A DNA stretch of 63,994 bases, filler included, from Neoconidiobolus thromboides FSU 785 (taxonomy: Eukaryota; Fungi; Entomophthoromycota): assembly GCA_025603075.1 (NCBI GenBank). It is 7 parts of 7 records of this genome, joined end to end, with 100 filler letters (N's around TTAATTAATTAA, not from the genome) between each part and the next. Parts side by side here need not be neighbours in the genome. Positions count along the whole stretch, not along the records: positions 13,388 to 27,813 come from MU626604.1; positions 27,914 to 43,885 come from MU626595.1; 5 more parts are not named here. One strand, given 5' to 3'. The notes under the pieces were generated by a model. It was not told the origin of the DNA, ran no database searches, and saw only the letters and a program-made list of their open reading frames with translations. Positions 25,337 to 38,415 of this stretch are shown one piece after another (within the stretch, counting starts at the first letter, position 1; every line of letters begins with the position of its first letter). The translations under genes were made by a program, and so were the position numbers.

Positions 25337-27677
25337 ATTTATTATTTTTAATTTTTAGTTTGGATGTCTGCGCACTCTTTGCTTATATAGTTTTTGATGA
25401 TTCAGCCATTGTCAAACCATTTACAAAGCTGATAATAATTTTAAGTTGAAGCGATGTGTATAATCTAATTTAAAAATAATCTATGGATAATCTATAAAAG
25501 GAAAGTTTCTAGAAACTTTTAAATATTATTATATCTAAGGTCATCGGACTTCAAGAAGAAAATGTATTGTTGTACCTACTAGATACCTTGCTGATTAAAA
25601 CTATTTTTAGATTTAGTTTATTAGCTATCTTATGTAGTATGTTGCTATATTTAATCTACTAAAAGCCAAAATCTAAAGGTGATAAGTCTAATAATACTTA
25701 AACATAAGGCTCAACTCGTTTTCCGATTTTAATTTGCATTTTTTTCCGAGGTTATTTATTACAAATTAGTTGGCTTATATTTTTTATTGGAAAGAAATGA
25801 TTTGGCAGGAAATAAAAGTAGTTCATGTTTCTAACAGCCATTTACAAGATGTCTGGTAGCCATGCAAAATATAAAAAAAAATTTGATCAAAAAAACACAC
25901 AGTTGAAGCATTCTACTATTTAAAAATTAAACACTTACTTTTAGATTTAACTCATAAAAAATTTCAACTTGTTTAAAAAGTTTAGAGCAAACTAGATTTC
26001 AAATGAGTCTATGGTCTTAGATACAATACAACCCATCTTGTTTTTCTACATCTTTTTTAATATGTATTTACTATTACTTAAACACTATCAAGTTTCATAA
26101 GAAATAAAATATTACAAAGTAAAAATAAGTTACTAATCGATGATTTATATACACTACCATTTTATTTTTTTAAATTAGCTTAAATTTATCATCTCTATAC
26201 TTCTAATACTAATAAAACATTTAGGATTTATACCCTTTTCAGTATTTCAAAAAATACTACCCATTAAAAATAGTTCATTTTCATTGATTATGATTCAAAG
26301 TAATCAAAGTCAAATAATTGATCAATAAAAAAATAGAACTTATAAGATAATGATACTTTTGAATCTTTGTACATCAGCAAAAAAGTTCCTAGATGAATTA
26401 AGATCAATTAAAGGCCTAAAAGTAAATAATTCTTATAAACATATTAATGGTATAATAATGATTGGTATCAATCAGTATAAAATTAATCTAGAAATTGTAT
26501 AATAGTTAACTTTAAAGCCGTCTTTATTTAGTTACACTTTTTCTTTATTAAGCGATAAATTAATCCCATGTATGTAACTGGTATAACTGTTATGGGAGAA
26601 AATACAAATTTGAAAGTATATATTATTAATCAACATGTTCTACCGCTTTTAATTTTTTAATATCGATTAGAAAATGTTAACTTTTCCAAAGTAAATGAAC
26701 AATCAATTACCACTTAAATCATAAATACAAATAAAATTTTATACTACACGATTTTACTTCTAAAAATGTAAGTCATCTATTTTCCTATGGTGATAATGTG
26801 CTTGGAAATATCAATATATCATACCGTTTTTTTGTGGGTAGATTATTGAATTTAGTAGATTTTTTGACAAATTTGCACAGAGATGTTAAATTCTAAATTG
26901 AGTTAAATTTCAAAGGGAATCAATTTTATTAAAAACCGGATTTGCTCATTAAACTCTGTATATTAGTTATATTTGGTATATTCAATTTTAATATTTTAAA
27001 ATTTGATGTTAAGAGTTTTTCACACTAATACTCAAATACTAGTAAAGTAATTTATAAAATCAAATTAAAAGTTGAATAAACTTATAAAACATAAGGTAAC
27101 TTGAAAATAATAATAACCAATATAAAACTAATTTCATATAGCGTATAGACCAATAACAACCATCGATAGTTGAATGATTTATTGTTTGGTATGACCATCT
27201 ATGATATTTTTCGATAAAGATATAAACTTAAATAGTAAGTAAAAAGTACTCTGAGAAGTTTATAATTTTCTCTTTATTAGTTAAGAAATCCGCGATAAAA
27301 TATTCAAAAATTAAGTAGACTCTAGGCTTTAAAAATACTTGTTAATAGGGTGTATAATAATACAATCAAACCAATTTTTTGGAAAATTATTAAGCATGAT
27401 CGTAAAAAGTTTAAATTAAGAATAACAAAAGTATTTTGATATAAATACAATCTGACATTTACTCAGCCAACGACAGTATATTATAATACACCATGTGTTA
27501 CCTATACATTTAAGTTATAAACAAACCGGTCCATTAACCTTAAAATAATACATCCGTGTTATCAACTCATTTAACGTTTATAATATCATTACATACTATT
27601 AACAAGAAGTATAAATAGTGGTGGTTTTATCATACTATATAATTATATTACATTAGATACAAATTACTATATACAAA

Positions 27678-27803
27678 ATGCAACTTACTTTCCTTATCGC
27701 TTACACTGTTTACATTATGTCTGTAATCACTTCAGTTCCTACTAATAACCAACCAGCTGCTGATAAACCCAAAGCAATTGAAATCCGTCGTCACTGGCCT
27801 TAA
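27678..27803 (+). CDS. 41-aa secreted peptide precursor HWP-2 (MQLTFLIAYTVYIMSVITSVPTNNQPAADKPKAIEIRRHWP)
   Basis: Hand-translated intact ATG-TAA ORF; hydrophobic N-terminus; RR before terminal HWP; GTATAAATAG about 70 nt upstream; paralog of 17984-18109. Confidence 0.82.
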   Translation: MQLTFLIAYTVYIMSVITSVPTNNQPAADKPKAIEIRRHWP

Positions 27804-27813
27804 ACATGAAGTC

Positions 27814-27913
27814 NNNNNNNNNNNNNNNNNNNNNNNNNNNNNNNNNNNNNNNNNNNNTTAATTAATTAANNNNNNNNNNNNNNNNNNNNNNNNNNNNNNN
27901 NNNNNNNNNNNNN
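27814..27913. other. Assembly gap
   Basis: N-run with TTAATTAATTAA spacer. Confidence 0.99.
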
Positions 27914-27917
27914 ATAT

Positions 27918-28016
27918 GGGGATGTATTTTTGTATTTAAGAATTTTACCAACAAATTTTCCACTCAAATAGTGCTTAAAAAATGGAAAAAATAATGAAGT
28001 CAAAAAAAACACTCCC
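27918..28016 (+). mobile_element. MITE copy, TSD ATAT
   Basis: 99 bp, close to consensus. Confidence 0.9.
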
Positions 28017-28970
28017 ATATATTACTTTTCAACATTAAATAGAGTCATGTCACAACTAGCCTTTGATAAGATAGGTTTAGATATATCCATATTGTTAATT
28101 ATGTTCTTACTTTATTTTACTTCATTTGTAAATGTTGCTTTCTAGTGATAACAAAATTTATAAACCAATAATAAACTCGTCAAAATCATTGTTTTTCTAA
28201 ATATATACATACTTATGTTGACTATTAATACTTTCGATTTTGCAATTAAAATTTATAAAAGCTATATTATGATGCTATTAAACGGAAACCCCATACTAAC
28301 AAAAAACAAAACTCAATATATATCGAAGTTACTTTAACTAAAATATAAATTTTAAAACCAAAAATAATACCATTATTCAATATACCTTAATGTCTTAGTT
28401 TTTGGAAAACCTTTATAAGTTTATTTAAAGCTGAAGGTGTAACTTCACTTATATATTTGATATCAAAAGCAATACCAAAAGACTAGTCATCTGTATAAAA
28501 TACAAAGGTATATTTATATTTGGATATACTGTAATATGAACGACAAATCATATAACATATCATTCAGTTGATCCTATAAGTATATTAGAATTCTATTTTC
28601 ATTAGGAATTTGTGATTTAACTAAAGTTTAGATTTTAGAAACTTAAAACCTCATTTGATTTTACAAGTAAATCTTTCGCTCACTAGAAGAGAGGCTTATG
28701 TTAAATTTCAACACTCGTAACTAGAGAAGTGTTAATTTTTAGCCTATTCACATAGCATAATCCTTATTTAGTTATTAGATAATATATATATTTGTTCATT
28801 TCAAAAGTTATAATTTGATAAACTCATTTTAAGATATAAAATTTTGAGTAATTTGAAATTAAAAAATACCAATCACAATTCCTTTTCAATGTTAATTTTT
28901 TATTCAAATAAAAGGAAAATTTCAAATTCAGAATTTAGTTTCACTTTTTAATTCTTGATTTAATAGAAAT

Positions 28971-30118
28971 ATGAAATCCAAACGTAAAGTGGCGGTAGTG
29001 CACCAAAAGATTCAAGATGTTATAAAATCAGTTAAAAAAAATCGTGCTAATTCCACTTCCACCTCTATCTCTACTTCTACCATTAAAAAACAAAAACCCC
29101 ATCAAGTACTTATCAATCAGATTCATAATTTAAATAATAATTTAGATAAAATTAATTCTGAATTAAAATCAAATAAAAAAGATTTACAATTGTTAGCTAA
29201 AAAAGAAGCATTAGAACAAGAGATTAATAATTTAGGTGGTTTAGTCGTTTATCAAAAGTTTTCCAAATTAAGTGAAAATCAATTTAACTCTTCCAAATTT
29301 TTATTAGAAAATTACATTAGTTATTTTAAAAAGGTAGTGCAATTCAAGGTAATTTGTAAAAAAAAAACTCATTTATTAAATATTATATAATTAACCCTCT
29401 TTCTTTCTTTCTTTCTTTCCCCCTCCCAAAATAGTCTCAAAAATTAAACTTACTTGATATTGGTGCATTAAATCTAAATTATGATAAACACACTTCCATT
29501 ATTGAAGCTAAATATATTGATTTACATCCCAATTTACCAGGCGTTATTAAACAAAATTTTTTAACTATGAAACTGGAAAAATTCGATATTATTTCTTTAG
29601 CTTTGGTTTTAAATTATAATGGGAATCCAAAAGAAAGAGGTAAAATTCATTATGATTTTATAATTAATGATTTTTTTAATATTGTTTTATATTATTCTTT
29701 AGGTGATATGTTAAAAAAAGCATATTTAATGTTAAATGATAAAATAACAATAAATAATAATAACAATAATAATAATAACAACAATAACAATGATGATAAT
29801 AGCAATAATGATAAGCCTATTGATGAAGAAGAAGAAAATGAAAATGAAAATGAATCAGGGGGAATATTATATATTGTATTACCTAAACAATGTTTATTTA
29901 ATAGTAGAAAAATCAATGATCAATTATTTATAAAAAAAGTAACAAGTCTTGGTTTTATATTAAAAAATTATAAAAATAGTAATAAATTATCTTTTTTTAT
30001 ATTTAAAAAAATAAGAAAGAATACAAAAAATAAGAATAATGATAATAGTGAAAATAAGCAAATTCAAACTTTGGATTTAAAAAGAAAAAATTTAAATGAT
30101 TTTGATATTATTATTTAA
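28971..30118 (+). CDS. BMT2: 25S rRNA adenine-N1 methyltransferase BMT2-like, multi-exon
   Basis: LGGLVVYQKFS, LKLLDIGAL, YIDLHP...VIKQNFL, FDIISLALVLNY.GNPKERG, LYIVLPKQC.FNSR. Confidence 0.82.
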
Positions 30119-30597
30119 AATTATTTCTTATTTTAGTGTACTTATTGACTAGATTCAAAAATAAAATAGATATGTTAATATAGTTTTAACTTCTATCATT
30201 ATGGTTTTTTATTCTATTTTCATACTTAAACTTAAAAATAGAATTTTGATTTTCTTATTATTCCATTACGTTGTTTTTCAAAATACGTTGATATACCTTT
30301 CTTTTATATTATTAAATAGCTTTTAATAAAGTAAAGGAAATAACAATAAACTTTAATTTAAGTTGATTATAGTAAGACAAATTATTATTTATAAATAGCA
30401 GTTTTAAATCAATAATAAATTTCATCTATCTGATTAAAAAAAACTACAAGTATTATCTAAATAAAAAAGATTATTAATATATTTAATTATCATGATCTAG
30501 TTTCATACATAAACTTATTTATTCCCCCAAATTATTAATCAATTTTTAAACTTCATAACAACATTAAATAATATTACTATAATCCCAACTTAACTAT

Positions 30598-31929
30598 TTA
30601 TTCTTTCTTTAAAAATCGAAATAAATCTGAAACTAAATATAATGATCCAGTAACAATAATAATACTATCTTCGTTATTCTTATGTTCTACTTTCTTCAAT
30701 ATATCTTTAAAACAATCTTCAATATCATTTATCTTTTTAATCTTATTTTTATCTTTCATTAACTTTAAACTTACTATTTCCATCTTCTCTAATTCTTCTG
30801 TTTGTATCCAAGGCATACCCATAGGTTGTGAAAATTTAGTTAAATAAATATCGCTCTTTTCTTTTAACTCTTTTGTCACCAAATACTCAAAATTGCTTTT
30901 AAAGTCTTTACCTTTCGTTGTACTTAATATCCAATATATATTTTGAAACTTCCTATTGTTATCCATTTTAGTAATAAATTTATTTAATTCTATTGCTGCA
31001 GCTGGGTTATGAGCCCCATCACATAAAATGTTCATTTGATTATATTTTCTAAATTCGATTCTACCTGGCCAAACAGTGTCTTTTATTCCGTTAATAATAT
31101 TTTGTTTATTGATTTCATATCCTTGAATATTTTCAATTAACTCCATACATTCAATACTAATACCTAAATTCATCAGTTGAAATTCCCCATTTAAATTCAA
31201 TATCAAATCATATTTGTTTCCTTTCTTCGAGATATATTCGACTCTTCTACCTTTTGGTGGAAGTTGACTAAATTGATAATCTTCAATTGCTTTTCCTTTA
31301 GTACTAATAACATATTTACATTCCATCCTATTACACTCTTCAGTTAACACCTTCATAACTTTTTCTTCTTGTTGACCAATTACTACCTTAACTCCTTTCT
31401 TTAATATACCTGCTTTTTGTAAAGCTATCTCTTGTACAGTATCACCTAATATTGCTTCATGATCCATTGAAATAGAACAAAACACACAAAGTAATGGATT
31501 ACTAATAACATTGGTTGCATCTAGTAAACCACCAAGACCTACTTCTATTATAGCTAAATCAACTTTTTGCTGGGAAAAATGTATGTACATGATACACGTG
31601 GTTACCTCAAAATTAGTCAATTTTAAGTTTAATAATAATTCGACAGATTGTATTTTGGACTGTATTGAATTGTATTCCGATAATTCAATTATATTCCGAT
31701 TAATTCGAATAGCATCATTTTCAGTTAATAGATGAGGAGAATTAAATTTACCAATTTTTAATTTAGGGTAAATGTTAGTTGAGTCATTTAACTTTAAGAA
31801 TATTGATTCAATATAACTAGTTACACTACCTTTACCATTAGTACCAGCAACATGAATACATTGATAATCATTTTGAGGGTTATTAAAATAATTCAATAAA
31901 GTTCGAATTCGAGTTAATGAAAAATCCAT
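30598..31929 (-). CDS. Dihydrofolate synthase/folylpolyglutamate synthase (FolC family, FOL3-like)
   Basis: IHVAGTNGKGSV, FNSPHL, EVGLGGLLDATN, ISMDH..LG, WPGR, DGAHNP, VTGSLYLV. Confidence 0.93.
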   Translation of the reverse strand: MDFSLTRIRTLLNYFNNPQNDYQCIHVAGTNGKGSVTSYIESIFLKLNDSTNIYPKLKIGKFNSPHLLTENDAIRINRNIIELSEYNSIQSKIQSVELLLNLKLTNFEVTTCIMYIHFSQQKVDLAIIEVGLGGLLDATNVISNPLLCVFCSISMDHEAILGDTVQEIALQKAGILKKGVKVVIGQQEEKVMKVLTEECNRMECKYVISTKGKAIEDYQFSQLPPKGRRVEYISKKGNKYDLILNLNGEFQLMNLGISIECMELIENIQGYEINKQNIINGIKDTVWPGRIEFRKYNQMNILCDGAHNPAAAIELNKFITKMDNNRKFQNIYWILSTTKGKDFKSNFEYLVTKELKEKSDIYLTKFSQPMGMPWIQTEELEKMEIVSLKLMKDKNKIKKINDIEDCFKDILKKVEHKNNEDSIIIVTGSLYLVSDLFRFLKKE

Positions 31930-32092
31930 TGTTCTATTTTTTTAAAAATTTTAATAAAGTGATTAAAAATTTAATAAGTGACACTTTAATGTTTTAGTTT
32001 CAACCAATGAAATTTTGAAGTAATTTTAATAAAATAAAATTAGTTGATTAAAAATTGAATTAGTTTTTTAAAATAAAGTTCATATCATCATT

Positions 32093-35000
32093 ATGAATGA
32101 TAATAAACCCAACGATAACACCATTAGCAATACATTTGATACGATTAAAGACATTAACAATGATAAAGATACTCTAACATCAGTAATATAATTATAAAAC
32201 TTTTACTTTATAAATAATAAATTAAACAAAAATATTAAAAGTTAGATTCAGTTTATCAACGTTTGCAAATTGAAACAAAGATTAAATTAGGTGCTGAGAA
32301 TATGTTACAAGTATTTGATACCTTTCAAAAAGGCGATATTCATTCTAAAAGAGAAATTGAATTACAATTAAATGCTGCTAATAATAATATAGCTCAATTA
32401 ACTAAAGAAGTAGAATATTATGAAAATTTGAAATTACCAAAAAATGGTGAGTTCTTTTTTATTATGAAAATATAACTAGAATTATTAGGAAGTTCATGTG
32501 TTAATACCGTTTTTTATTTAGAATCAAATACAAGTAATAAATTAAATGAAAAAAATATTGATCTTAATAGTATTAACGCTAATAATAACAATAATAATAG
32601 TAATAATAATAACAAAATATATTCAAAAGATTTGAAAGAGTTTGAAGGTAAAGGTAATGATCAAGTTTAAAATTCAATAAGAAAATAGAATTAATATATA
32701 CAAATATCAATAGATATCTCTGAAATTATTGAAACTGTGATTCAATCAATTAATAGTAATGAAAAAGATGGACAAATGAAAAGTTTATTATTAAAAAAAT
32801 TTTGCTTATTTTTATATCATCAATCACCCTCTATTTCAGAATATGAATGTAGATTATTTTTGTTATTAAGGCATTCTTCTTTTTCAGAATATAGAGAATT
32901 AAGAGCATTATCAATAAGAACTTGTCGATATATTTTAAATTTGACTAAAAATTTAAAGTTATTTTTCATGTTACATTGGGATTTCTTAATTGTTAGGTAC
33001 TCTATTATATGATTCTTTATTCTTATATAAATATAATTAATTTTACATTTATTTTATTTTATTTTAGGGCTTTAACAATTGATACTAAATGGGATGGAGA
33101 AAGAGAACAAGCCATATTATTAATACATAGTATAATAGCCATTGAAGATGGTATTAATTTATTACCGGATGGTATAATAAGAAGTTTGGTAGCAATAGCT
33201 GAAGTTAATGGAGATAAACATCGATTAGTTTGTATTGAATTATTATGTGAGTTGGGTAAGTAAAAGAAATAATAAAAACAATAAATACATAAACATATAT
33301 AAGATAAATAATTAGTCAATAAAAAGAAAATACTAAAATTTTACTTTTTATAACAGCTATATTAAAACCATCGACAATAGCTAAAATTGGAGCGTTTAAA
33401 ATTATAATTAATGCTTTATTTGAAATTAATTATGAGAGTTGTAGTTGCATCATAAAACTACTACTGGCTTTAATTGATAAACCGGAAACTAGAAAATTTA
33501 TTCGACCTGGTCAAGATTTTGAAGTAAATTTAATTGAGTATTTAACAAATAATACATTTAATAAAATATTAAATCAAATAATAGAATAAATAGAATGAAT
33601 ATAATAAACAATATATATAATATAGTTATTTATTTTTATTTTTTATAGGTAATATTTTCAGTATTTAATGATTCCATAGATCGTAGTGGTATTCATCGGG
33701 AAAAAATTAAAGTTGGTTCTAAATTAGTATTGGAATTTTTAAGGTCTTGGAATGGTAACATTTTATTTTATTTCATTTTTAATTAATTAATTTTATTTAA
33801 ATTTAGGCATTATGTATTTATGTATTGATAATAAAAGAGCAATGAAATCCATTATTAGTGCTTTAACTTCCAACTCAATTGATACCAGAGTAAGTTAATA
33901 TTAATATTGTTATATTAGATTGTTAATAGAAATTAATAGAAAACAATGCTAGATATGTTTTATAATTTATTTGATATCAATTTGCCAATTTGGAATGCTA
34001 ATTTGAACACTTTAGATTTAGATGGTAACTATTATTCTATTCCAATATCATTCTATTAATATTATCAATTAATATTGACTTTTATTAATTTTTAAATGTT
34101 AGAATTTCATTCAAGACAATTAGATAAAAATTATGATAAAAATTTATCTTTAATTTATCAACATTATGCTATTCTATTACATGTTTTATTAGAAGCTAAT
34201 ATTATAGAAGTAAGTTAGTATTGATATACTAATACAAATATCCCGATTACACACACATTAATAACAACATTGTTTAGACATTAACTAAACTTATTGAAAG
34301 TAATAATCAACATGTAGTATTTTATTCCACTATTTTATTAGCGGAAATTACTAAATTGGGTAATAAATTGATGAGTAAAGCTTCCAAATCAGTGGAGGTA
34401 AGTGGAGTTGTTATAATAAATTTAATTTATTAATATTCATTTATCAGCCTTTACCCAAGCTATTTGAATTAGCAACTTTATTTAAATCGGAAGAATTACG
34501 ATACACCGCTTTAATATCCTTAAATAAAGTGGATAACTCGAATTTAAATTATTTAAGGAATAGTAATTTAAAAATGAATGGAAACAAGTAAGCTAATTAG
34601 TTATTTAAAAACGGATTTATTAATTTATATATTATATAATATTATATTAATAATTTATTAATAAATTCTAATTTTTATGTAGTTTAAATCAAGGACATAA
34701 ACAAATCGAAAAAATTAAATTGAGAGTGGGTAGTCAATTAGATGAAAATCAATTTCGAAATTTAATATTGGAAACTCAGGTAAATATTAATAAAAATTCG
34801 ATTGTTATTAATATGTCATATATCATCCATTTGTACTTATGAATAATACTAAATATTAATTATTAATTACTAATATACTAACTATTATAATTTATTAATA
34901 GGTATTAGCTGACAAAACATATACAAAATGGAATTGGGAAATTATATTGGAATTATTACAAGGTCCTTTATTAAATTCCAAAAAATTTGAAGAAGCAATT

Positions 35001-37777
35001 AAAAATTATAAATTAATTAAACGTTTAATTTCTTTTTATTGTCCAAATTCCAATATGTTTTCAGAAGTCAAGCAAAATAAGGTGAGTTTTTATTAGTAAT
35101 ATATACGACATTATTAAATTAATATATATATATGATATTATATGATCTGATAATTTATTAATTTTTTTATTGATATAGAATGCATTCACTTATGTTCAAG
35201 TGGGATGTGAATTAATGAAAGTTTTAGTTAGTCATACAGATGGTATTAAAGCATTAATAGAATCAGATTTTTTATTGCAAATTAAAGAAGCCTTAGCGGT
35301 ATTAGATCCAGTGGTAATTTTAATTTAAATAATAATAGTACAAATAATAATACCAATTTAGATTAACTCCAGTCATCAAAATGATTTATTTTTCTCTAAA
35401 GAAAAAATGAACTTTAGTTTAATACCTTACTATTTTACTTTTATTGGGACATTATCAAGATATAAATTAGGAATCAAGTAAATTTTTTATATTAATATTG
35501 TTGAATTTATTAAATCTATTAACTGTATTTAGTTTACTTGAAAAGTATAATATTTTCGATTTATTTTATCGAGTTACAGAATTAAGATCAAGAGATGATT
35601 TAGTTAAATCGATTATTAATCATTTAGATTATTCAAAGTAAGTTAAGAATGTTATTGTTATTGATAATAAATTAACTTATTATCAATAGAGAAGGTCATG
35701 CCAGACTTATATTATCTAAAGTATTAACTTCAGCTTACAAAGTAGGTTAATAATAATAATAATTCAATTAATTTTTAATTATCATTATAGCATATCCGAT
35801 TATTTGCTACTAATTTCCTACGTGTACTATTAAGACAAAATATACCTAATTTTAGTTCATGGGGTATTTATTTATTAATTACACAAGTAAGTAAAATTTA
35901 TTTTTATTAAATAATAAAATTTATATTAGTAATAAAAATAATATTAACATTGATAATCAAGCTATATGATCCATCCATTGAAGTATGTGAAATGGCTGTC
36001 TCTGTATTAGATGAAGCTTGTATGGATAGTGAAAATTTACAAACTTTAGTTCGATTAAAACCATCCATGTCGCATTTAGAATTTGCTGGTGATTCTTTAT
36101 TATTAAGGTAATTTTTGTTGTTTTTAAAGTTGATAAAATATTATGGGATATTAATATTTATTGAATTGTTAGATATTTATCTTCTTTAGATGGTTTAAAT
36201 TATTTATCAACTATGGATTATGTTGATTTACAAATGGATCAATGGTTTAAAGTAAGACTATTTCAATTGTAATAATTTTGTTATTTTATTTTATTATTTT
36301 GTTTCTAAAACAGGAAAGAAATCGAAGATATGTAACACGAATAGAATTATCATTATCTAGAGCCTTAGAAAATAAAACAAACAGTTCTAGAGGCTCTTAT
36401 TGGTTTGATGAAAAACATGAATCTTTGATTGAAGATCCAGAAAAATTGTAAGTATTAAATAATTTTATATCAATACAAAAAAGAATAATAAAGAAAAACA
36501 AAATGATACCAATTGTTAATAATATTATAAATTATTATTAACATTATTAATTATTAATTTTTTATTACTTTTAGAGAAAAATTAGACGGTTTTATATTCC
36601 CTCATTTTTATGGGGAGTTAACTAAAACATTTAAAGGTTGTGAAATATTATTAGAAAAAGGACATTTAAAACATTTTTCAACTTATTTAAAACAACATAA
36701 AAAAGAAATAGTAGATGATAACATTATATTAAATTTAAAAGCTTGTTTATGGGCATTGGTAAATTAATTTTTATAAAATAATCAAAAAAAGATAAAAAAA
36801 CAATTAATTTATTATTTATTAGGGTCATATTGGCTCTTCAGAGGTAGGAATTACTATATTAGCACAAGCGGATGCTATTGAAGATATTATTTGGATGGCA
36901 GAAAATTGTCAGGTATATTCACTGAAGGGGTAAGTTAATTTATCATAGATAATAAACATTTTATATTAATGTTTTTAATTTAGTACTGCAGTTTATGTAC
37001 TAGGGTTAATTGGGTCATCTCAATTAGGTGATGAAGTATTACAAGAAGCTAATTGGGATTCTATATTTTCGAAATTTAATCCATCTACTCTATTGAATTT
37101 TAAAAATGAAAAAAAATGGGCAAAGGTAATCATTAAAAGATATATAAAAAACATCATATATAATATATTATTATTTATTTAGGTTGATTCTTGGGAATAT
37201 ACTTCATTGGTTAAAAGTTATACAATATTATATAATGATAAAGATAGTATCGAAAAAGAAATTTTAACCACTATTGGTAATTTATCCAATCATATCTTAG
37301 TGGGTACAGCATCTTCAGCATTAATGAGGTGATCATTTTTATATTAATAACTAGAATATAAATACTAATATCAACAATATTATTATTAATTATAGATTAA
37401 AAAACAAATACCCTCCTTATTTTCAACGAGGTGATATTTATTATGAAGTTTATGAAATTATACAGCATTATCATTTTCGATTAACAACAAGACAGTTCTT
37501 ATTTAATTTATTTGATCTTCCATTTAATAACAATTTATTTGATACATTCACAATAATTAGGAAGAAATTACAAATTATTAATATTAATGGATTAAATAAT
37601 AATAATAATAATAGAATAGAAGAGATGAAAGAGAATTATGAATTTGAACACGAAAGGGAGGGTAATGAAGAAGGAATAGGAAGTAGAGAAATAATATCGG
37701 AAAGTGGAAATAAAGATTGGGATTTACCAATGACTATCACACCAACCCCAAATATTAAAATATTAGGTTTTTATTAA
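32093..37777 (+). CDS. AVO3: Rictor/AVO3/Ste20 TORC2 scaffold, many exons
   Basis: N-terminal HR1-like RLQIETKIKLGAENML; EREQAILLI, HFYGELTKTFKGCEILLEKGH, LKACLWALGHIGSS, SLKGTA.YVLGLI across short GT-AG introns; exon boundaries approximate. Confidence 0.88.
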
Positions 37778-38415
37778 AAGATAGCTGTAATTAAAACTTA
37801 TTTATTATTCTAACTTATTTTTTAAAGGGGAATATATTTATAATTGAATTATATCAGTATCTTTTTTTAACTAATCTTTTATATAAATAAAATGAATTTT
37901 TGTTGTTTTTTATTATTGAATTTTGAAAACTTTAATAGTTGATAATTACTTTTTATATAAATCCAAATTTTATTATTAAAAAGTTAAATAAAGTTCTAAA
38001 TAAAATTGAGATGATATTGTCATTTTCTTTTTAATTTGGCTAAATCTAATTTTATTTATTTTTGTTTCAAGATGTTCTTTAAAATTATTGTTAATTAGTA
38101 AGGTTTCAGTTGAACTCATCATGAGCTCAATCCTTTAAAAATTCAGTGTAAATTTTGGGTTAAATCAACAGCCCAATTTTATCTAAAAGTGGCAATTTAG
38201 CTATCAATTTTCGTTTAAAAAAAGACAGTCACTTAATTTCAAATGGAATAAATAAATTAAAAGTTCAAATGAATTTAAAATTAATTTCATTTTTTAACCA
38301 GTTTTATAATTTTATTCAATTTAGAATCTGCTTTTGTTTTTTTGTATAATTTCAATTAGAGACTTATTAAACAATCTATTGTCTTTGAAATCAATTCGTC
38401 GATTAAGATTTTTAC

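Noticed and set aside
29692-29916. Antisense and overlapping ORFs (e.g. 745, 1361, 1482, 3295, 8473, 25122, 29692, 31511, 33059, 40418, 51150, 51338, 57791, 62689)
   Set aside because: Shadow frames of real genes or of poly-Asn/Glu microsatellites.
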